Origin: Spirochaetia bacterium
GTDB lineage: Bacteria > Spirochaetota > Spirochaetia > DSM-2461
Direction: 5' to 3'
Assembly (NCBI GenBank): GCA_963666985.2
Contig: CAXXIA010000002.1
Coordinates: 192,001-256,000 of the forward strand
DNA length: 64,000 nucleotides
A program made the translations under genes and the position numbers. A model generated the notes under the pieces. The model ran no database searches, was not told the origin of the DNA, and worked only from the letters and a program-made list of their open reading frames with translations. This document shows, piece by piece, positions 48,654 through 60,014 of the stretch (its first letter is position 1; the number at the start of each line of letters is the position of its first letter).

Positions 48654-48815
48654 TAGATTTATAACAGCCTCAATTCGAAAGGTCAAGAAGAAGATTCGTT
48701 GAATCGGGAACACACGAAAAGACACCGCATGAAAAACTTCTATCGAAACTCATTGGGATTCAGAGAGCATCCATGTTCGCCAAGAAATTAACGTATCCTT
48801 ACCGGATGATTCCGC

Positions 48816-50282
48816 TTAAGCCGTTTCCACGCGGTTTCTTCCGCCCTTTTTCGCGCGATATAAGGCCTCATCCACCCGCTGCAGCAGATCTTTTCGGGTT
48901 TCTTCATTGTTCCACTGGGCAACGCCCAGACTGATTCGAACGGAAATGGCTCTCTCGGAATGAACCACGGCGGTATCCCGAATCGTGCGCCTCAGCTCTT
49001 CCGCGATGAGCCGTCCGTTCTCAAGGTCGCAATCCTGCAGCAGAATTAAAAATTCTTCACCGCCCCAGCGGCAGAGGGAATCGGCCTCCCTGAGCATCTT
49101 CCGCGTAACCTCCGCTACGGACTTCAGAACGGCATCGCCGGCCGGATGCCCGTATTCATCATTAATCCGCTTAAAATAATCAATATCATAAAGAATCAGC
49201 GTTAACGGCCGATTTCGCCGCTCCGCTTCCCGAAAAGCCTGAGTAAAAACAATTTCGAATGCATAACGATTACTTGCTTGAGTCAGTCTGTCCGTCGTGG
49301 CCAATAACTCAAGCTCAGCCTGATAAACATTGGCCGTCTTTAAAACCGACAGAACGATGATCAATCCGATGGGCAGTGTTATAAGAAAAATCTTTAAAAA
49401 AAGCCGTTTCCGAACATGCTGCCGATCGGAGCTGTTCAAGGACTGTTCGACAAAAAGATATAAGTCCAATTCGGGAAGATACCGTGTGTTGAGAAGATAT
49501 TCCTCATTATCGCGGCTATAGGAAACGGAATGGGTTTCTTTGTCTTCCGAAATGGGAGGAAGAATCTGAAAATCCGGAACATCGTCGATATTGGAAAACG
49601 ACGGCGGAGCGATGCTGTTTGCCAACAGAACGTTTTTCCGCTCATCAACGAAATAGATGATTCGATTATACCGTCTTGCATAATCATCCAAGAGCTCCAT
49701 CACATTTTCCACGGTAAGACCGCATCCTGTTATTCCGATAAAATTGCCGTCGTAATCAAAAACTTTGTGATTGATGAAGATGGTTAATGCACCTTCATTG
49801 GCATCATCGATTCCCAGATTGATTTGATAATCATCCCAGGCGTCACGTGTCTTAAAAAACCACTCGTCCCTGGGATTATTCCGATCAACCGTGGTGAAAA
49901 GCCCGGTAGGATGATAATAAGAACCGGTTACATTCGACGCAAAGAAACAAGTGACCGTATTGTATTTCTCCTGAATCGTTTTCAGGTACTTGCTGATCAG
50001 AGCGGCATCCTTCTCCTCATTGAGAATCCAATCGATGAGAAAAGTGTCGTTCGACATTAATGATGAGATAAGAACAAGTTCAATAATGTCTTTTCGTATT
50101 TCCGAATAGATCGTATCTCCCGTCAGAGGAAGAATACTTTCCGAAAGACTCTTTTTGTAAACATTTAAGGTTGCGTAATAACTGACCGAACATACGGCGG
50201 CGAACCCGATGAACAGCAAAAAACAAATAAGAACAATTATTCGTCTTTTCTTAGGCGGACCAAGGGCTGCGGTTTTCCTCAT
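48816..50282 (-). CDS. Sensor diguanylate cyclase (Cache-like + GGDEF)
   Basis: Two TMs, DIDYFK.IND.YGH..GD, RxxD I-site, RWGGEEF. Confidence 0.94.
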   Translation of the reverse strand: MRKTAALGPPKKRRIIVLICFLLFIGFAAVCSVSYYATLNVYKKSLSESILPLTGDTIYSEIRKDIIELVLISSLMSNDTFLIDWILNEEKDAALISKYLKTIQEKYNTVTCFFASNVTGSYYHPTGLFTTVDRNNPRDEWFFKTRDAWDDYQINLGIDDANEGALTIFINHKVFDYDGNFIGITGCGLTVENVMELLDDYARRYNRIIYFVDERKNVLLANSIAPPSFSNIDDVPDFQILPPISEDKETHSVSYSRDNEEYLLNTRYLPELDLYLFVEQSLNSSDRQHVRKRLFLKIFLITLPIGLIIVLSVLKTANVYQAELELLATTDRLTQASNRYAFEIVFTQAFREAERRNRPLTLILYDIDYFKRINDEYGHPAGDAVLKSVAEVTRKMLREADSLCRWGGEEFLILLQDCDLENGRLIAEELRRTIRDTAVVHSERAISVRISLGVAQWNNEETRKDLLQRVDEALYRAKKGGRNRVETA

Positions 50283-50486
50283 TCGTAAAATCCTCTCCGT
50301 CTTCGAAACTCATTTTTAGTTTATGATTGATGATGAGGAAAAACCATTATCGGATAAAAATCCGTACGATACGGCCCCCCCTTTTTTTCATCGTTTCATC
50401 AGGCGGCGAGGTGAATCGGCGGATCGGAGCTGTGGGCGGGAAGACTAAAGAAACACGGCGAATCGGGGTCCGCGCGGCGGTCGGAG

Positions 50487-50933
50487 CTACTCGTTCAGCA
50501 GTTCAACAACCTCGCCCGGCGATTCGGCGCGGGAGAGAGCCCTCAGAAAGGCGGGTGCCCGCGTAAGACGGGCGATTTCAGCCAGGGCTTCGATATGCGG
50601 CCCCGACTGATCGGGCGGTGCGAGAAGAAGAAAGAAAAGACGGGAAGGATCGCCGTCCGCCGATTGGAAGTCGATTCCGTCCGGAGCAATCCCGATGGCA
50701 AGCGTCAGAGCGGAAGCGGCCGGTGTTTTCGCATGAGGAACGGCAATGCCGCTTTCAAGACCGGTGCTTCCGAGACTTTCCCGCTCAAGAAGCGCGTTCA
50801 GCGCGGTATCCCGGTTACTCACCTTCCCGCAATTCACCAAAATATCGAGCAGCTCGGGAATCACTTCATATTTCGTCGTCGAAACAAGCGGTACTTTTAC
50901 GACATTAGGTTCTATCAGATTAAGCAAACCCAT
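50487..50933 (-). CDS. PTS EIIA (Fru/Ntr type) protein
   Basis: RE..GSTG..GIAVPHA phospho-His motif. Confidence 0.93.
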   Translation of the reverse strand: MGLLNLIEPNVVKVPLVSTTKYEVIPELLDILVNCGKVSNRDTALNALLERESLGSTGLESGIAVPHAKTPAASALTLAIGIAPDGIDFQSADGDPSRLFFLLLAPPDQSGPHIEALAEIARLTRAPAFLRALSRAESPGEVVELLNE

Positions 50934-50948
50934 TTTACCAATCCTCCA

Positions 50949-51437
50949 CTACATTCCGCGCTGAAACAGTTCATCCACACGGTCGGAATCTTTCACTATT
51001 AAGACCGAGCAGCCGGCGCTTCGCATCGCGCGTTCGCTCTCGTCGTAGAATTCATCACGGCGGCTGCGCACATGAGCCAACTCGCCGAGCACCAACAAAT
51101 CGATCGATTCCTCGTCCACGATACGCAAAAGCTCCTGATGAACGCTGCCGGAACGTTTCAGGCATTCCACGCTCACACCCTTTTCATTTCCCGCTTTACG
51201 GACGTGATTCAGGTACCTGTCGGCATCGGCTTCCAGATCGCGAGAATACTCTTTTTCTTCCACTTCAAGGAAGATGCGGGAACGCACAAGATCCTGAAGG
51301 GCCCTCGTGTTGACTACATAGCAGGCAAACAGCCGCGCGTCAACGGCGCCGGCAAGAAGAATCGCATAATCGGCCGCCGTTAGAGACTCCTCGGATCCGT
51401 CGACATTAATCAGTATGTTTCGAATCGGACCGGACAT
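50949..51437 (-). CDS. Universal stress protein
   Basis: NILINVDGSEES..A, DLLVLG, CSVLIVK. Confidence 0.9.
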   Translation of the reverse strand: MSGPIRNILINVDGSEESLTAADYAILLAGAVDARLFACYVVNTRALQDLVRSRIFLEVEEKEYSRDLEADADRYLNHVRKAGNEKGVSVECLKRSGSVHQELLRIVDEESIDLLVLGELAHVRSRRDEFYDESERAMRSAGCSVLIVKDSDRVDELFQRGM

Positions 51438-51438
51438 T

Positions 51439-52068
51439 CTAGACCTCCTTCATGGCAAGCCGCTGCTTCACCATCTTCATCAGCACGAACATCTCACGTT
51501 CATTCTCTTCCAGACGATCCTGAATAAGATCGACTGTTTCCTCAAGTTCGGGAATCGCGATTTTCTCCAGAGCGTTCACTTTCCGGATCGTCCGCCGAAC
51601 ATCCCGTGCAAGACGCATAATCGAAACCTTAAGCTCGGCGAGTTTGCCTATGAGTTCAAGAACCTTTTTGAACGAATCGATCGTTTCATCAATCCAGAAG
51701 CTTCCTTCGGTCGGTGAAAAATACGGCGGGTGTTCCGTAAAACTCGTATTCACGACAGGCAGGCGCACGCCCATCACCTTTCGGCTTGATATCTGCATAC
51801 CGGCGGTGATGTTGACGGCACCGGAAAGATGAAGAATCTGAAGACGGCCGCCGTCCAGAACCGATTCTTCAAGGGCCGCATAGGCATCGGCAAGCGCTTT
51901 ATTCACCTGCCCTTCGAAATCAACGGCCTGATCCACAAGCGCAAGAAGCTCAATCACCAGAATGTTGCGCTTCTGATCCAAAAGTTCATGTCCCTGCCGT
52001 GCCAGCGCAAGTTCCTGACGAAGAGAAAGAAGATTCGTCTTGGTGGGAGCAACGCTACGGGCGGCCAT
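51439..52068 (-). CDS. atpD: V/A-type ATPase subunit D
   Basis: [26 protein letters not shown]. Confidence 0.95.
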   Translation of the reverse strand: MAARSVAPTKTNLLSLRQELALARQGHELLDQKRNILVIELLALVDQAVDFEGQVNKALADAYAALEESVLDGGRLQILHLSGAVNITAGMQISSRKVMGVRLPVVNTSFTEHPPYFSPTEGSFWIDETIDSFKKVLELIGKLAELKVSIMRLARDVRRTIRKVNALEKIAIPELEETVDLIQDRLEENEREMFVLMKMVKQRLAMKEV

Positions 52069-53467
52069 AATGCGCTTGAATCTCCTCCTCGGTAACGCGG
52101 TGAAGCTCTTCGGTCGGCAGATGTTCCAAAACCTTCCAGCCGATATCCAAAGTCTGCTCTATCGTTCTCTCTTCGTGGTCGGACTGAGAAACGAAATCCC
52201 TCTCCAGCGCGTTTCCGAACTCGATGTACTGCGCATCCAGCGGCGTAAGCTCCTCTTCTCCGATAACCGACGCGAGATTCCGAACGTCCTTTACATGACT
52301 GTAGCTTGCAAAAAGCTGACTCGCCAGATGAGGATGATCGTCGCGCGTTCGTCCCTCGCCTATGCCGTCTTTCATAAGGCGGGAGAGAGAAGGCAGTCCG
52401 GCGATGGGCGGATAGATGCCGCGGTTGTACATTTCGCGCTCGAAAACGATCTGCCCTTCGGTGATATATCCGGTAAGGTCCGGAATCGGATGCGAGATGT
52501 CGTCGTTGGGCATCGTAAGAATCGGCAGCTGCGTAATCGAGCCGGACGATCCATCAATCATTCCCGAGCGTTCGTAAATCTCGGCCAAGTCGGAATAGAG
52601 GTAGCCGGGATAGCCCTTTCGCGAGGGGATTTCTCCCCGAAGCGTTGAAACTTCCCGAAGCGATTCGCAGTAGTTGGTCATGTCGGTCATGATGACAAGG
52701 ACATGCATGTTCTTGGTAAAGGCAAGGTACTCGGCGAGAGTCAGAGCCGATCGCGGCGTGATAATCCGTTCGATGGAAGGATCGTCGGCAAGAGAAAGGA
52801 ACAGAGCGACCTTCTCCTGCACGCCCGATTCCTCAAAAGAACGGACGAAGAACTGGGCCACGTCGTGCTTAACACCCATCGCGGCGAAAACGACCGCGAA
52901 GTCGCTTTTTCCGCCGAGGATTTTCGCTTGACGCGCAATCTGCGCGGCCACCTCGTTGTGCGGCAGACCGTTGCCGCTGAAAATCGGGAGCTTCTGACCG
53001 CGAATAAGCGTATTCATGCCGTCAATCGCCGAAATGCCCGTTTGAATGAAATCCCGGGGATACCGGCGCGATGTCGGATTAATCGGAAGTCCGTACACGG
53101 GTCTTTCGTCATCGCCGACCGGTGGAGGTCCTCCGTCCCGCGCCTCTCCGAGACCGGAAAAAACACGGCCGAGCATCCGCTCGCTCACGGCAAGAGTGAT
53201 GGGTTCTCCCATGAACCTGACCTTGGTGTCGGGCATGGTCAAACCTGAGGTTCCCTGAAAAACCTGCACGACAACCGTATCGTCGGATGTGTCGAGCACC
53301 ATGCCCTGACGAACATCCCCGGCCGGATCAACGCATTCCACGAGGTCCCGATATCCGACCGGATGGGTTTTGCGGACAAACAGCAGAGGTCCGTCGATCT
53401 TATCGACGCCCAGATACTCGCGCCCCGTCTCCAGTCCGGATTCCATGGTGTTCACGTTCTCAGGCAT
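52055..53467 (-). CDS. atpB: V/A-type ATPase subunit B
   Basis: [49 protein letters not shown]. Confidence 0.97.
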   Translation of the reverse strand: MPENVNTMESGLETGREYLGVDKIDGPLLFVRKTHPVGYRDLVECVDPAGDVRQGMVLDTSDDTVVVQVFQGTSGLTMPDTKVRFMGEPITLAVSERMLGRVFSGLGEARDGGPPPVGDDERPVYGLPINPTSRRYPRDFIQTGISAIDGMNTLIRGQKLPIFSGNGLPHNEVAAQIARQAKILGGKSDFAVVFAAMGVKHDVAQFFVRSFEESGVQEKVALFLSLADDPSIERIITPRSALTLAEYLAFTKNMHVLVIMTDMTNYCESLREVSTLRGEIPSRKGYPGYLYSDLAEIYERSGMIDGSSGSITQLPILTMPNDDISHPIPDLTGYITEGQIVFEREMYNRGIYPPIAGLPSLSRLMKDGIGEGRTRDDHPHLASQLFASYSHVKDVRNLASVIGEEELTPLDAQYIEFGNALERDFVSQSDHEERTIEQTLDIGWKVLEHLPTEELHRVTEEEIQAHYGRP

Positions 53468-55229
53468 AGACGGACTCCAGTTTTTCGATCGACCTTTCGA
53501 GTGTCGCCTGCAGACGATCGATTTTGTCGATCTCGTCGTTCGATATATTGAATTTCATACGGCTTATCTCCGCCAGAACCTTCATGCGGCGAAGCTTGAC
53601 GAGCGTCACGCCGTTTTTAATCGCCTCGGATCCTTTCCTCCAATAGGTCAGGACGAGTGAAAGCATCTTGAACTGCTTCTCCACCGAAGAGTAGCGGTCG
53701 ATGTCGTCGAAGGCATTCTGCTGGAGAAAGGCGTTTTTAAAGAGTGTACAAACCTCGATAACGAATCGCTGACTGTCGGGAAGCGCGTCCGGTCCGACCA
53801 GCTTAACAACCTGCTGGAGACGTACCTCGCGATTGAGGAGGTCCATGATCATGCCGCGGTCTTCCCCCCAGCTTCTTCCGGCGTGTTCTTCCCACCAGGA
53901 ACGAAGGTCCGGAAGGTACTCGCTGTAGCTGTCGAGCCAGCTGATCGCCGGATAGTGCCTTGCGTTCGCGAGCTGACGATCCAGGGCCCAGAAGCAGCGG
54001 ACGAAGCGTTTGGTATGCTGCGTTACCGGTTCGGAGAAATCGCCCCCCGGCGGCGAGACCGCGCCGATAATCGATACCGATCCCTCGCGTCCGCCGAGTG
54101 TTTCCATGCTTCCGGCGCGTTCATAGAACTGCGCGATACGCGTCGGCAGATAGGCGGGGAAGCCTTCCTCGGCGGGCATCTCCTCCATGCGTCCGGAGAG
54201 CTCCCGGAGAGCTTCGGCCCACCGGCTGGTGGAGTCGGCCATGATGGCGACGTCGTACCCCTGATCGCGGTAGTACTCGGCGAGCGTGACGCCCGTATAG
54301 ATGCTCGCTTCCCGCGCGGAAACCGGCATGTTCGAGGTGTTGGCGATGAGGATGGTGCGTTCCATAAGGCTGCGGCCGGTCCGCGGATCGATAAGATCCG
54401 GGAATTCGGTCAGAACGTCGGTCATTTCGTTCCCCCGCTCGCCGCAGCCGATGTAAACGATGATGTCGGCGTTGCACCACTTGGCCACCGCATGCTGCGT
54501 CATCGTCTTTCCGGTTCCGAAACCTCCGGGAATCGCGACCGTTCCGCCCTTTCCGAGAGGAAAAAGCGTATCGATAACACGCTGACCGGTAACCAGCGGC
54601 GTATCGACCGGACGGCGGCTGGCCGTCGGACGGGGAACCCGAATGGGCCACTGCTGCATCATCGTGAGTTCATGACGTCCTTCGGGAGTTTCAAGAATCG
54701 CGACGGTCTCCGAAATCGTGTATTCGCCCGAAGGCGCGATCGATTCGATTTTTCCCCCGATGCCGGGAGGCACCATGATGCGGTGCTCCACGCGCTGCGT
54801 TTCCTCCACAATGCCGAGGATGTCGCCCGAACGGACGGAGGCTCCTTCGGCCGCCCTCGGCTCAAACTTCCAGCGTTTTCCCCGGTCGAGCGCATTCACG
54901 TTTTCGCCTCGCCCGATAAAGACCGGATCGTTTTTTTTCAATTCTTCAAGCGGACGCTGTATCCCGTCGTAAATGGTGCCGATGAGTCCGGGGCCGAGCT
55001 CCACGCTGAGCGGCATGCCGCTTCCGTAAACAGGCTCGCCCGGCTTCACGCCGGTGGTATCCTCATAGACCTGAACCGTCGCCGTATCGGCCGAAAGACG
55101 GATAACCTCTCCGGTGAGCCGATCATGACCGACTTGGCACAGCTCCATCATCATTGCATCCGTTACGTCGCCGACATAGACGACCGGGCCGTTGACCCTT
55201 CTTATTTTACCTATGATCCGTTCGGCCAT
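53460..55229 (-). CDS. atpA: V/A-type ATPase subunit A (no intein)
   Basis: [38 protein letters not shown]. Confidence 0.97.
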   Translation of the reverse strand: MAERIIGKIRRVNGPVVYVGDVTDAMMMELCQVGHDRLTGEVIRLSADTATVQVYEDTTGVKPGEPVYGSGMPLSVELGPGLIGTIYDGIQRPLEELKKNDPVFIGRGENVNALDRGKRWKFEPRAAEGASVRSGDILGIVEETQRVEHRIMVPPGIGGKIESIAPSGEYTISETVAILETPEGRHELTMMQQWPIRVPRPTASRRPVDTPLVTGQRVIDTLFPLGKGGTVAIPGGFGTGKTMTQHAVAKWCNADIIVYIGCGERGNEMTDVLTEFPDLIDPRTGRSLMERTILIANTSNMPVSAREASIYTGVTLAEYYRDQGYDVAIMADSTSRWAEALRELSGRMEEMPAEEGFPAYLPTRIAQFYERAGSMETLGGREGSVSIIGAVSPPGGDFSEPVTQHTKRFVRCFWALDRQLANARHYPAISWLDSYSEYLPDLRSWWEEHAGRSWGEDRGMIMDLLNREVRLQQVVKLVGPDALPDSQRFVIEVCTLFKNAFLQQNAFDDIDRYSSVEKQFKMLSLVLTYWRKGSEAIKNGVTLVKLRRMKVLAEISRMKFNISNDEIDKIDRLQATLERSIEKLESVYA

Positions 55230-55872
55230 TAATTCCCTCGATAACGCTGTGATAAACGATCCGCCGGAGTTCGCCCGCATAGCGCCGCATTCGATCCTGG
55301 ACCGTATTTGTAAACGAAAGACGTGCCCTGGGGTCGCGAAGCACCACTCCCTGTCCGCTGACCGGTTTCCGGTCGAACTGCAGTTCAACGTTCATCCCAT
55401 ACTCGGATGAAAGTATATCCTGCGCATCGCGCAAAACCGACTCGACCGCGGCGCTGTCCTCGGGCGGACAGCGGACAACGGCGGCATTCCCGCCGAGACC
55501 GCGGGATGCTTCCACAATCCAGTCCCGGAGAATCCGCTTGTATTCCGGCGTTTGCCGCATCTTTTTCATTTCCGCGAGACACCTTTCCCGAGCGAGTTCA
55601 TAAACCCGATTCTCGACTCGAAGCTTCATACGCCCCTCGGCGAGCGAAATCGCGGAATCGGCGCGCGCCCGCTGCTTCTCCCTCTCTTCGGCCACCCGGC
55701 TTTCGGTTTCAACGTCCATCTCCGCGAGCCGCTTTTCAAGCGCTTTACGCCGCGTCGCGACGGAACTCTCGGCATCCTCTCGAATTTTCCGCGCTTCCTC
55801 GCGGGCATCCGCGAGAATGCGATCAATAAGCACGGTGTCTCCGCCCGTCGTTTTCGGCTGCTCGCTGCTCAT
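55207..55872 (-). CDS. atpE: V/A-type ATPase subunit E
   Basis: N-terminal coiled coil IL.DA.EEA..I, C-terminal GVVL..NT; operon position. Confidence 0.85.
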   Translation of the reverse strand: MSSEQPKTTGGDTVLIDRILADAREEARKIREDAESSVATRRKALEKRLAEMDVETESRVAEEREKQRARADSAISLAEGRMKLRVENRVYELARERCLAEMKKMRQTPEYKRILRDWIVEASRGLGGNAAVVRCPPEDSAAVESVLRDAQDILSSEYGMNVELQFDRKPVSGQGVVLRDPRARLSFTNTVQDRMRRYAGELRRIVYHSVIEGINGRTDHR

Positions 55873-55874
55873 GA

Positions 55875-56180
55875 CTACACACTGATTCCTATTGCGTTGT
55901 TCACCACCTGACGGAGACCCGGTCTTCCTTCGATACGCCCTTTTCTGTCGGGTATTTCAAGGATAAGCGGGAACTCCTCGGTGAATACATAATTTTCGAC
56001 AATCCCGCGGATCATATCCGCGATTCTTTCGGTAATAACGACTATTCCGGTTTCCTTGTCGGCGATAGCGGCTCTAAAGGCCTCTTTCGCTTCATCGGCA
56101 TTCGTCACCTCACGGCCGGGAACGCCGACAAGAGAGAAACCGAGAACCGTATCTTCATCGCCGATAACGAAATACTGCAC
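55875..56180 (-). CDS. atpF: V/A-type ATPase subunit F
   Basis: VIGDEDTVLGF.LVGV, PLILEIP, AIG. Confidence 0.93.
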   Translation of the reverse strand: MQYFVIGDEDTVLGFSLVGVPGREVTNADEAKEAFRAAIADKETGIVVITERIADMIRGIVENYVFTEEFPLILEIPDRKGRIEGRPGLRQVVNNAIGISV

Positions 56181-56181
56181 G

Positions 56182-56544
56182 CTAGACGCGTCCCAGAATA
56201 ATGAGGGCCGTTATGAAGCCGAAAACAACCAATCCTTCCGCCAGGGCGATAAAGATAAGCGCCTGTCCGGCGATCTCGGGTTTCTCGCTCACGGCGCCCA
56301 TCGCGGCCGCCCCCACATTGGCGATGCCTATGCCCGCTCCCAGAGCACCGAATCCGAACGCGATCGCGGCGGAAATGAAAGCCCATTTCGCCATATCGGC
56401 CTGCTCCTGAGTAACCGGCGTCTTGCTTGTTTCCTGCGCGAAAACGCCGGAGACCGGAATTACGGTGAGCATGATGATAACTCCGAGAGTAAAAATGATG
56501 CTCGAAATAATTTTCCGCTTCATCTGTAATTGATGACTTTCCAT
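56182..56544 (-). CDS. atpK: V/A-type ATPase proteolipid subunit K/c
   Basis: GAGIG..VGAAA.GA..EKPE, LAEG; SD AAGGAGG before ATG at 56544. Confidence 0.93.
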   Translation of the reverse strand: MESHQLQMKRKIISSIIFTLGVIIMLTVIPVSGVFAQETSKTPVTQEQADMAKWAFISAAIAFGFGALGAGIGIANVGAAAMGAVSEKPEIAGQALIFIALAEGLVVFGFITALIILGRV

Positions 56545-56554
56545 GTCATCCTCC

Positions 56555-58594
56555 TTAACGTTGTGTTTCCAGCGACACCGGTCGAAACTCGATGCCGGTG
56601 GGCGTGAAGTACTTGGAAAAGAATTCATAATAATTAAGACGCAGCGACTGAATACCGGCCGAAAGACCTTCAAGCGCGATAACCAGCGCGTTGCCGAAAA
56701 GAAGAACGATAATCGAAAGGATGGATGTCCTTCCCGGAGAAATCATCTCGGCGATCTGGAAAAAGGCGACCATGAGCATAACGTGTGCAATGCCGAGTCC
56801 GGCCACCCGCATAAAAGAAAGCGTGTTCGCAAGATAGCCGGAAAAAATCTCGAGCATTTCGATGGCCCAATCCATTATCCACATGAGCGGAGAATGCCCG
56901 TGTCCTCCTGAGCGCTTCGCGGCCGCCGCTTCAAAGGGGAATTTAAGGAAAAGAATAATCACGGGAACAAGGATCAGCGGTCCGGCGACGGAGAGATCCG
57001 GAAAGAATCGGAATCCGCTCGCCGAGAATTGGTAGGCAACCCAGACTCCGGTGCCGTAAATAATCCCGCCGAGAACCCCTTCTTTCGCAAAGAAAAGCGC
57101 TTTCCAGTCACGCGTTCGGATTCGGTTGATCCAGTTTAAAAGGAGACCGGCCGAAATCACCCCCACTCCGAGAAGGACCGTTAACTTCAGGATATCCATG
57201 ATATTCGCGATGCTGCCGTGTGAGGGATGCCCCGCGACAACCCCGTGATAGTTGAACCAGAGCGCCGGCATGAGTTCATACCCGAAATAGGCTCCGAAGA
57301 GAACGCCCATAACAATCGACGCGCCGCCGCACCAGATAAGAAGCTTTGAAAGCTGGTACATCCCCGGCTTCTTCATCACCTTGGTGCCAAGAAGACCGAG
57401 AAGGATAAGAATGAGCCCGTGACCGGCGTCGCCGAACATCAGTCCGAACATGACAAGATAAGCGACGGCCACAAGCGGCGTGGGGTCGATCGTACCGTAC
57501 TCGGGCACTCCGAAGTTGGTTACAAGCATCTGGAAAGGCCGCAGGAATTGAGGATTGCGAAGCTCGACCGGAACCCGCATGCGCTTCCCGCTCTCCCGGC
57601 CGAATTCGGCCGGCGTGTGCCACTCGAGGACGCAGGCTTCACCCGCCGCCGCCCGAAGGACCGATTCGACACGATCGCGTTTTCTCAGCGGAACCCAGCC
57701 GCCGAGGACGGTTGCATGGCTGCTTTCGCTCGTCATTCCGCGGATGGAAAGCATAAGCTCAACAACACGGATTCTGCGCCAATCGCTTTCCAGTTCGGAA
57801 CGCCTGTCGGAAATGATGGCCCGTGTATTCGCCGCCTGTTCATCCTGTTCCGCACGCAGCGCCGTAAGTTTCTCATCGGCCCGGCCGATCGCCCCCTCTC
57901 CGGCCTCGTCGGGAAGCTTGGGGATGTCCATCGCGCGAAAGCCGCTTTCGGAAAGAATTCGCTGTACTTCGGCCGCGTTGCGCTTCATCGCCAGTACGAG
58001 GACGACCGCATCCCCGCCTTCGCGGCTCATCGTCATGATAATCCCGGCCTGACCGGCGATAGCGCGGTCGGCATCCGACAGCCGATTTTCAGGGATTCGG
58101 CCGTACCTGATGTCGAGATATTGATGATTGCCGCTCCGCATCAGATTATTCGTCAGCGCCGAGGCGTCCCCGCCGGCTCCGGCCGCGGGTGCGAAAGCCT
58201 CGAGCTGACGTCTGACATCGGTAATGCGGTTAATCTGGCGCTGGATATCCGCCTGACGCGAACGAAACCGCTCAACCTCATGCGCAAGCCGATCAATTCT
58301 GGCATTCACCTCCGCAACGTCGAACGACGCATCCCACGGCGTATCGCCGACCGCCGCCGGAGAAGCGATTCCGCCGAGCGTGAGCAGTGATTCGATGCGG
58401 CGTCTTGTTTCGGCCAATTCGGCCCGTCGCTCATCCACGCTGACGCTGGACATGAGTGCCCCGAGATCGGGCGCCGTCTCGGCGAGCCGGCTGAACTGCA
58501 CCGCTCCTATGCGCAGCAGCGCCTCGCTTACCGCATCGGCACGTTCCCGGAGGACAATCGCGGTTAAGTGAATCATTTCCGATGTGAAGATCAT
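56555..58594 (-). CDS. atpI: V/A-type ATPase subunit I/a
   Basis: IDPT, MFGD.G.G, NTLSF.R, RL.YYEFF. Confidence 0.95.
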   Translation of the reverse strand: MIFTSEMIHLTAIVLRERADAVSEALLRIGAVQFSRLAETAPDLGALMSSVSVDERRAELAETRRRIESLLTLGGIASPAAVGDTPWDASFDVAEVNARIDRLAHEVERFRSRQADIQRQINRITDVRRQLEAFAPAAGAGGDASALTNNLMRSGNHQYLDIRYGRIPENRLSDADRAIAGQAGIIMTMSREGGDAVVLVLAMKRNAAEVQRILSESGFRAMDIPKLPDEAGEGAIGRADEKLTALRAEQDEQAANTRAIISDRRSELESDWRRIRVVELMLSIRGMTSESSHATVLGGWVPLRKRDRVESVLRAAAGEACVLEWHTPAEFGRESGKRMRVPVELRNPQFLRPFQMLVTNFGVPEYGTIDPTPLVAVAYLVMFGLMFGDAGHGLILILLGLLGTKVMKKPGMYQLSKLLIWCGGASIVMGVLFGAYFGYELMPALWFNYHGVVAGHPSHGSIANIMDILKLTVLLGVGVISAGLLLNWINRIRTRDWKALFFAKEGVLGGIIYGTGVWVAYQFSASGFRFFPDLSVAGPLILVPVIILFLKFPFEAAAAKRSGGHGHSPLMWIMDWAIEMLEIFSGYLANTLSFMRVAGLGIAHVMLMVAFFQIAEMISPGRTSILSIIVLLFGNALVIALEGLSAGIQSLRLNYYEFFSKYFTPTGIEFRPVSLETQR

Positions 58595-59664
58595 AGAAGC
58601 CCCTCGATTCGTTCCGACGGCAGATCGTAGTACTTCGCGTTAAGTACGCTGATCAGGGTTTGAATCTCATGCTGCAGCAGCATGATGTAAGCCAATATCG
58701 TTCCGATTGTAAACGGATTCCCGCCGAGCGTGCGGCGAATGTCATGATCCAAAACAGCACGCAGCATTTCCTCAAGGAGCGAAAGTCTCCGGATTTCTCC
58801 GCCGCTCTCCTCTTCTTGAGCGCCCGAGCCGGAGAGAACACCGACACGAGGCCCGAGCGATGCGATTATGGTATCGAGGGGACGCTCCGATTCATACGCG
58901 CTTTTAAGGTCGCGAGCGGCAATCAAACGGCCGCCGGGAAGCACGGAATCCTCAAAACGGATCGTCCCGCGGTAACGGCGAATTCGGATGAGCCAGGCCA
59001 CGTTTTGCGTATCGATTTCAACGCCGAGAAGAGAGCGGGCAATGCGTTCGTCGCGTGAATCCAATGTTTTTAAGGCCGCAAAAAGCTGATCGTAATACCA
59101 GCGGTCGAGCGCAATTTCCGCGGCGTAGAGAGAACCGGTTTCGGGAAGTTCGGCAAGACGCTTACCCAGCGGCTCGGCGTACGGATATCCGGAAAGCAGC
59201 GCCGTGATTTGTTCGGTCGATCCCGCATTCACGATCGCGTCGACCGCGATACCGTGCGCCGCATCATCCCGCAGAAGATAGGGAACTTTATCGTCAATCG
59301 ATCGGCCTCTGATGACTCTTTCAAACCAAAGCCGCACCGCATGCTTGACGATGGCGATTTCATAACGGCGCAATACCGCGTCGGAAAACGACAGCACGGC
59401 GTTCGGTATATGCTTTCTAAGCATTGAAAGCGTTTCCCACTCCAAGCGGACGATTTCCAATTCGCACAGTTTGACATCTCCCGTGCGTGTGTAAACATCG
59501 GCCGCGGCGGCATACTTGGTATTCTGCAGCATCCCGACGGCTTCCACGAAACTCCGCGAACGGGCAATACCGAGGTAGAATTGCTCGTCCAGCAAAGTGC
59601 TGATGCGGGCGCGAAGCTTGGCGTTCACGAACGCATACGTGGAAACCGGCGAACGCATTTTCAT
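58591..59664 (-). CDS. atpC: V/A-type ATPase subunit C/d
   Basis: YAF.NAK.RA, LD..YY, EID..N..W..R, E...L. Confidence 0.9.
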   Translation of the reverse strand: MKMRSPVSTYAFVNAKLRARISTLLDEQFYLGIARSRSFVEAVGMLQNTKYAAAADVYTRTGDVKLCELEIVRLEWETLSMLRKHIPNAVLSFSDAVLRRYEIAIVKHAVRLWFERVIRGRSIDDKVPYLLRDDAAHGIAVDAIVNAGSTEQITALLSGYPYAEPLGKRLAELPETGSLYAAEIALDRWYYDQLFAALKTLDSRDERIARSLLGVEIDTQNVAWLIRIRRYRGTIRFEDSVLPGGRLIAARDLKSAYESERPLDTIIASLGPRVGVLSGSGAQEEESGGEIRRLSLLEEMLRAVLDHDIRRTLGGNPFTIGTILAYIMLLQHEIQTLISVLNAKYYDLPSERIEGLL

Positions 59665-60014
59665 GCGTTTTCTCCCGCTTTTTCGCCCTTTTCGGCGGTA
59701 TGCGGACCGTGAATAATCACATCAAGAGAACGTTCCACCGCCTTGCTCAGACCATCCGGATCCGCGGATGTAAATTCCGCCTCCTTTTTTCTGAGCTCTT
59801 CTTCGGCGTCATGACGCCGCTTTTCTTCGGCTTCACGGACCGCCGAGAGTTCTTCGCGCAGCTTTTGGTCCGCCGATGCACGGCGTTCACGCATCTCGCG
59901 ATTTTCGCTTTCGGTAAATTCATTCCGGATACGGGCCGCGTCATCTCGTGCTTCCTGAAGCAATTTCTCGGCGCGTTGTTCGGAACTTAGGACATCGTTG
60001 ATAATCTCGAGCAT
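59661..60014 (-). CDS. V/A-type ATPase subunit G/H (peripheral stalk)
   Basis: Charged coiled coil E..AE.LL.EA..A; first ATPase gene position. Confidence 0.75.
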   Translation of the reverse strand: MLEIINDVLSSEQRAEKLLQEARDDAARIRNEFTESENREMRERRASADQKLREELSAVREAEEKRRHDAEEELRKKEAEFTSADPDGLSKAVERSLDVIIHGPHTAEKGEKAGENA

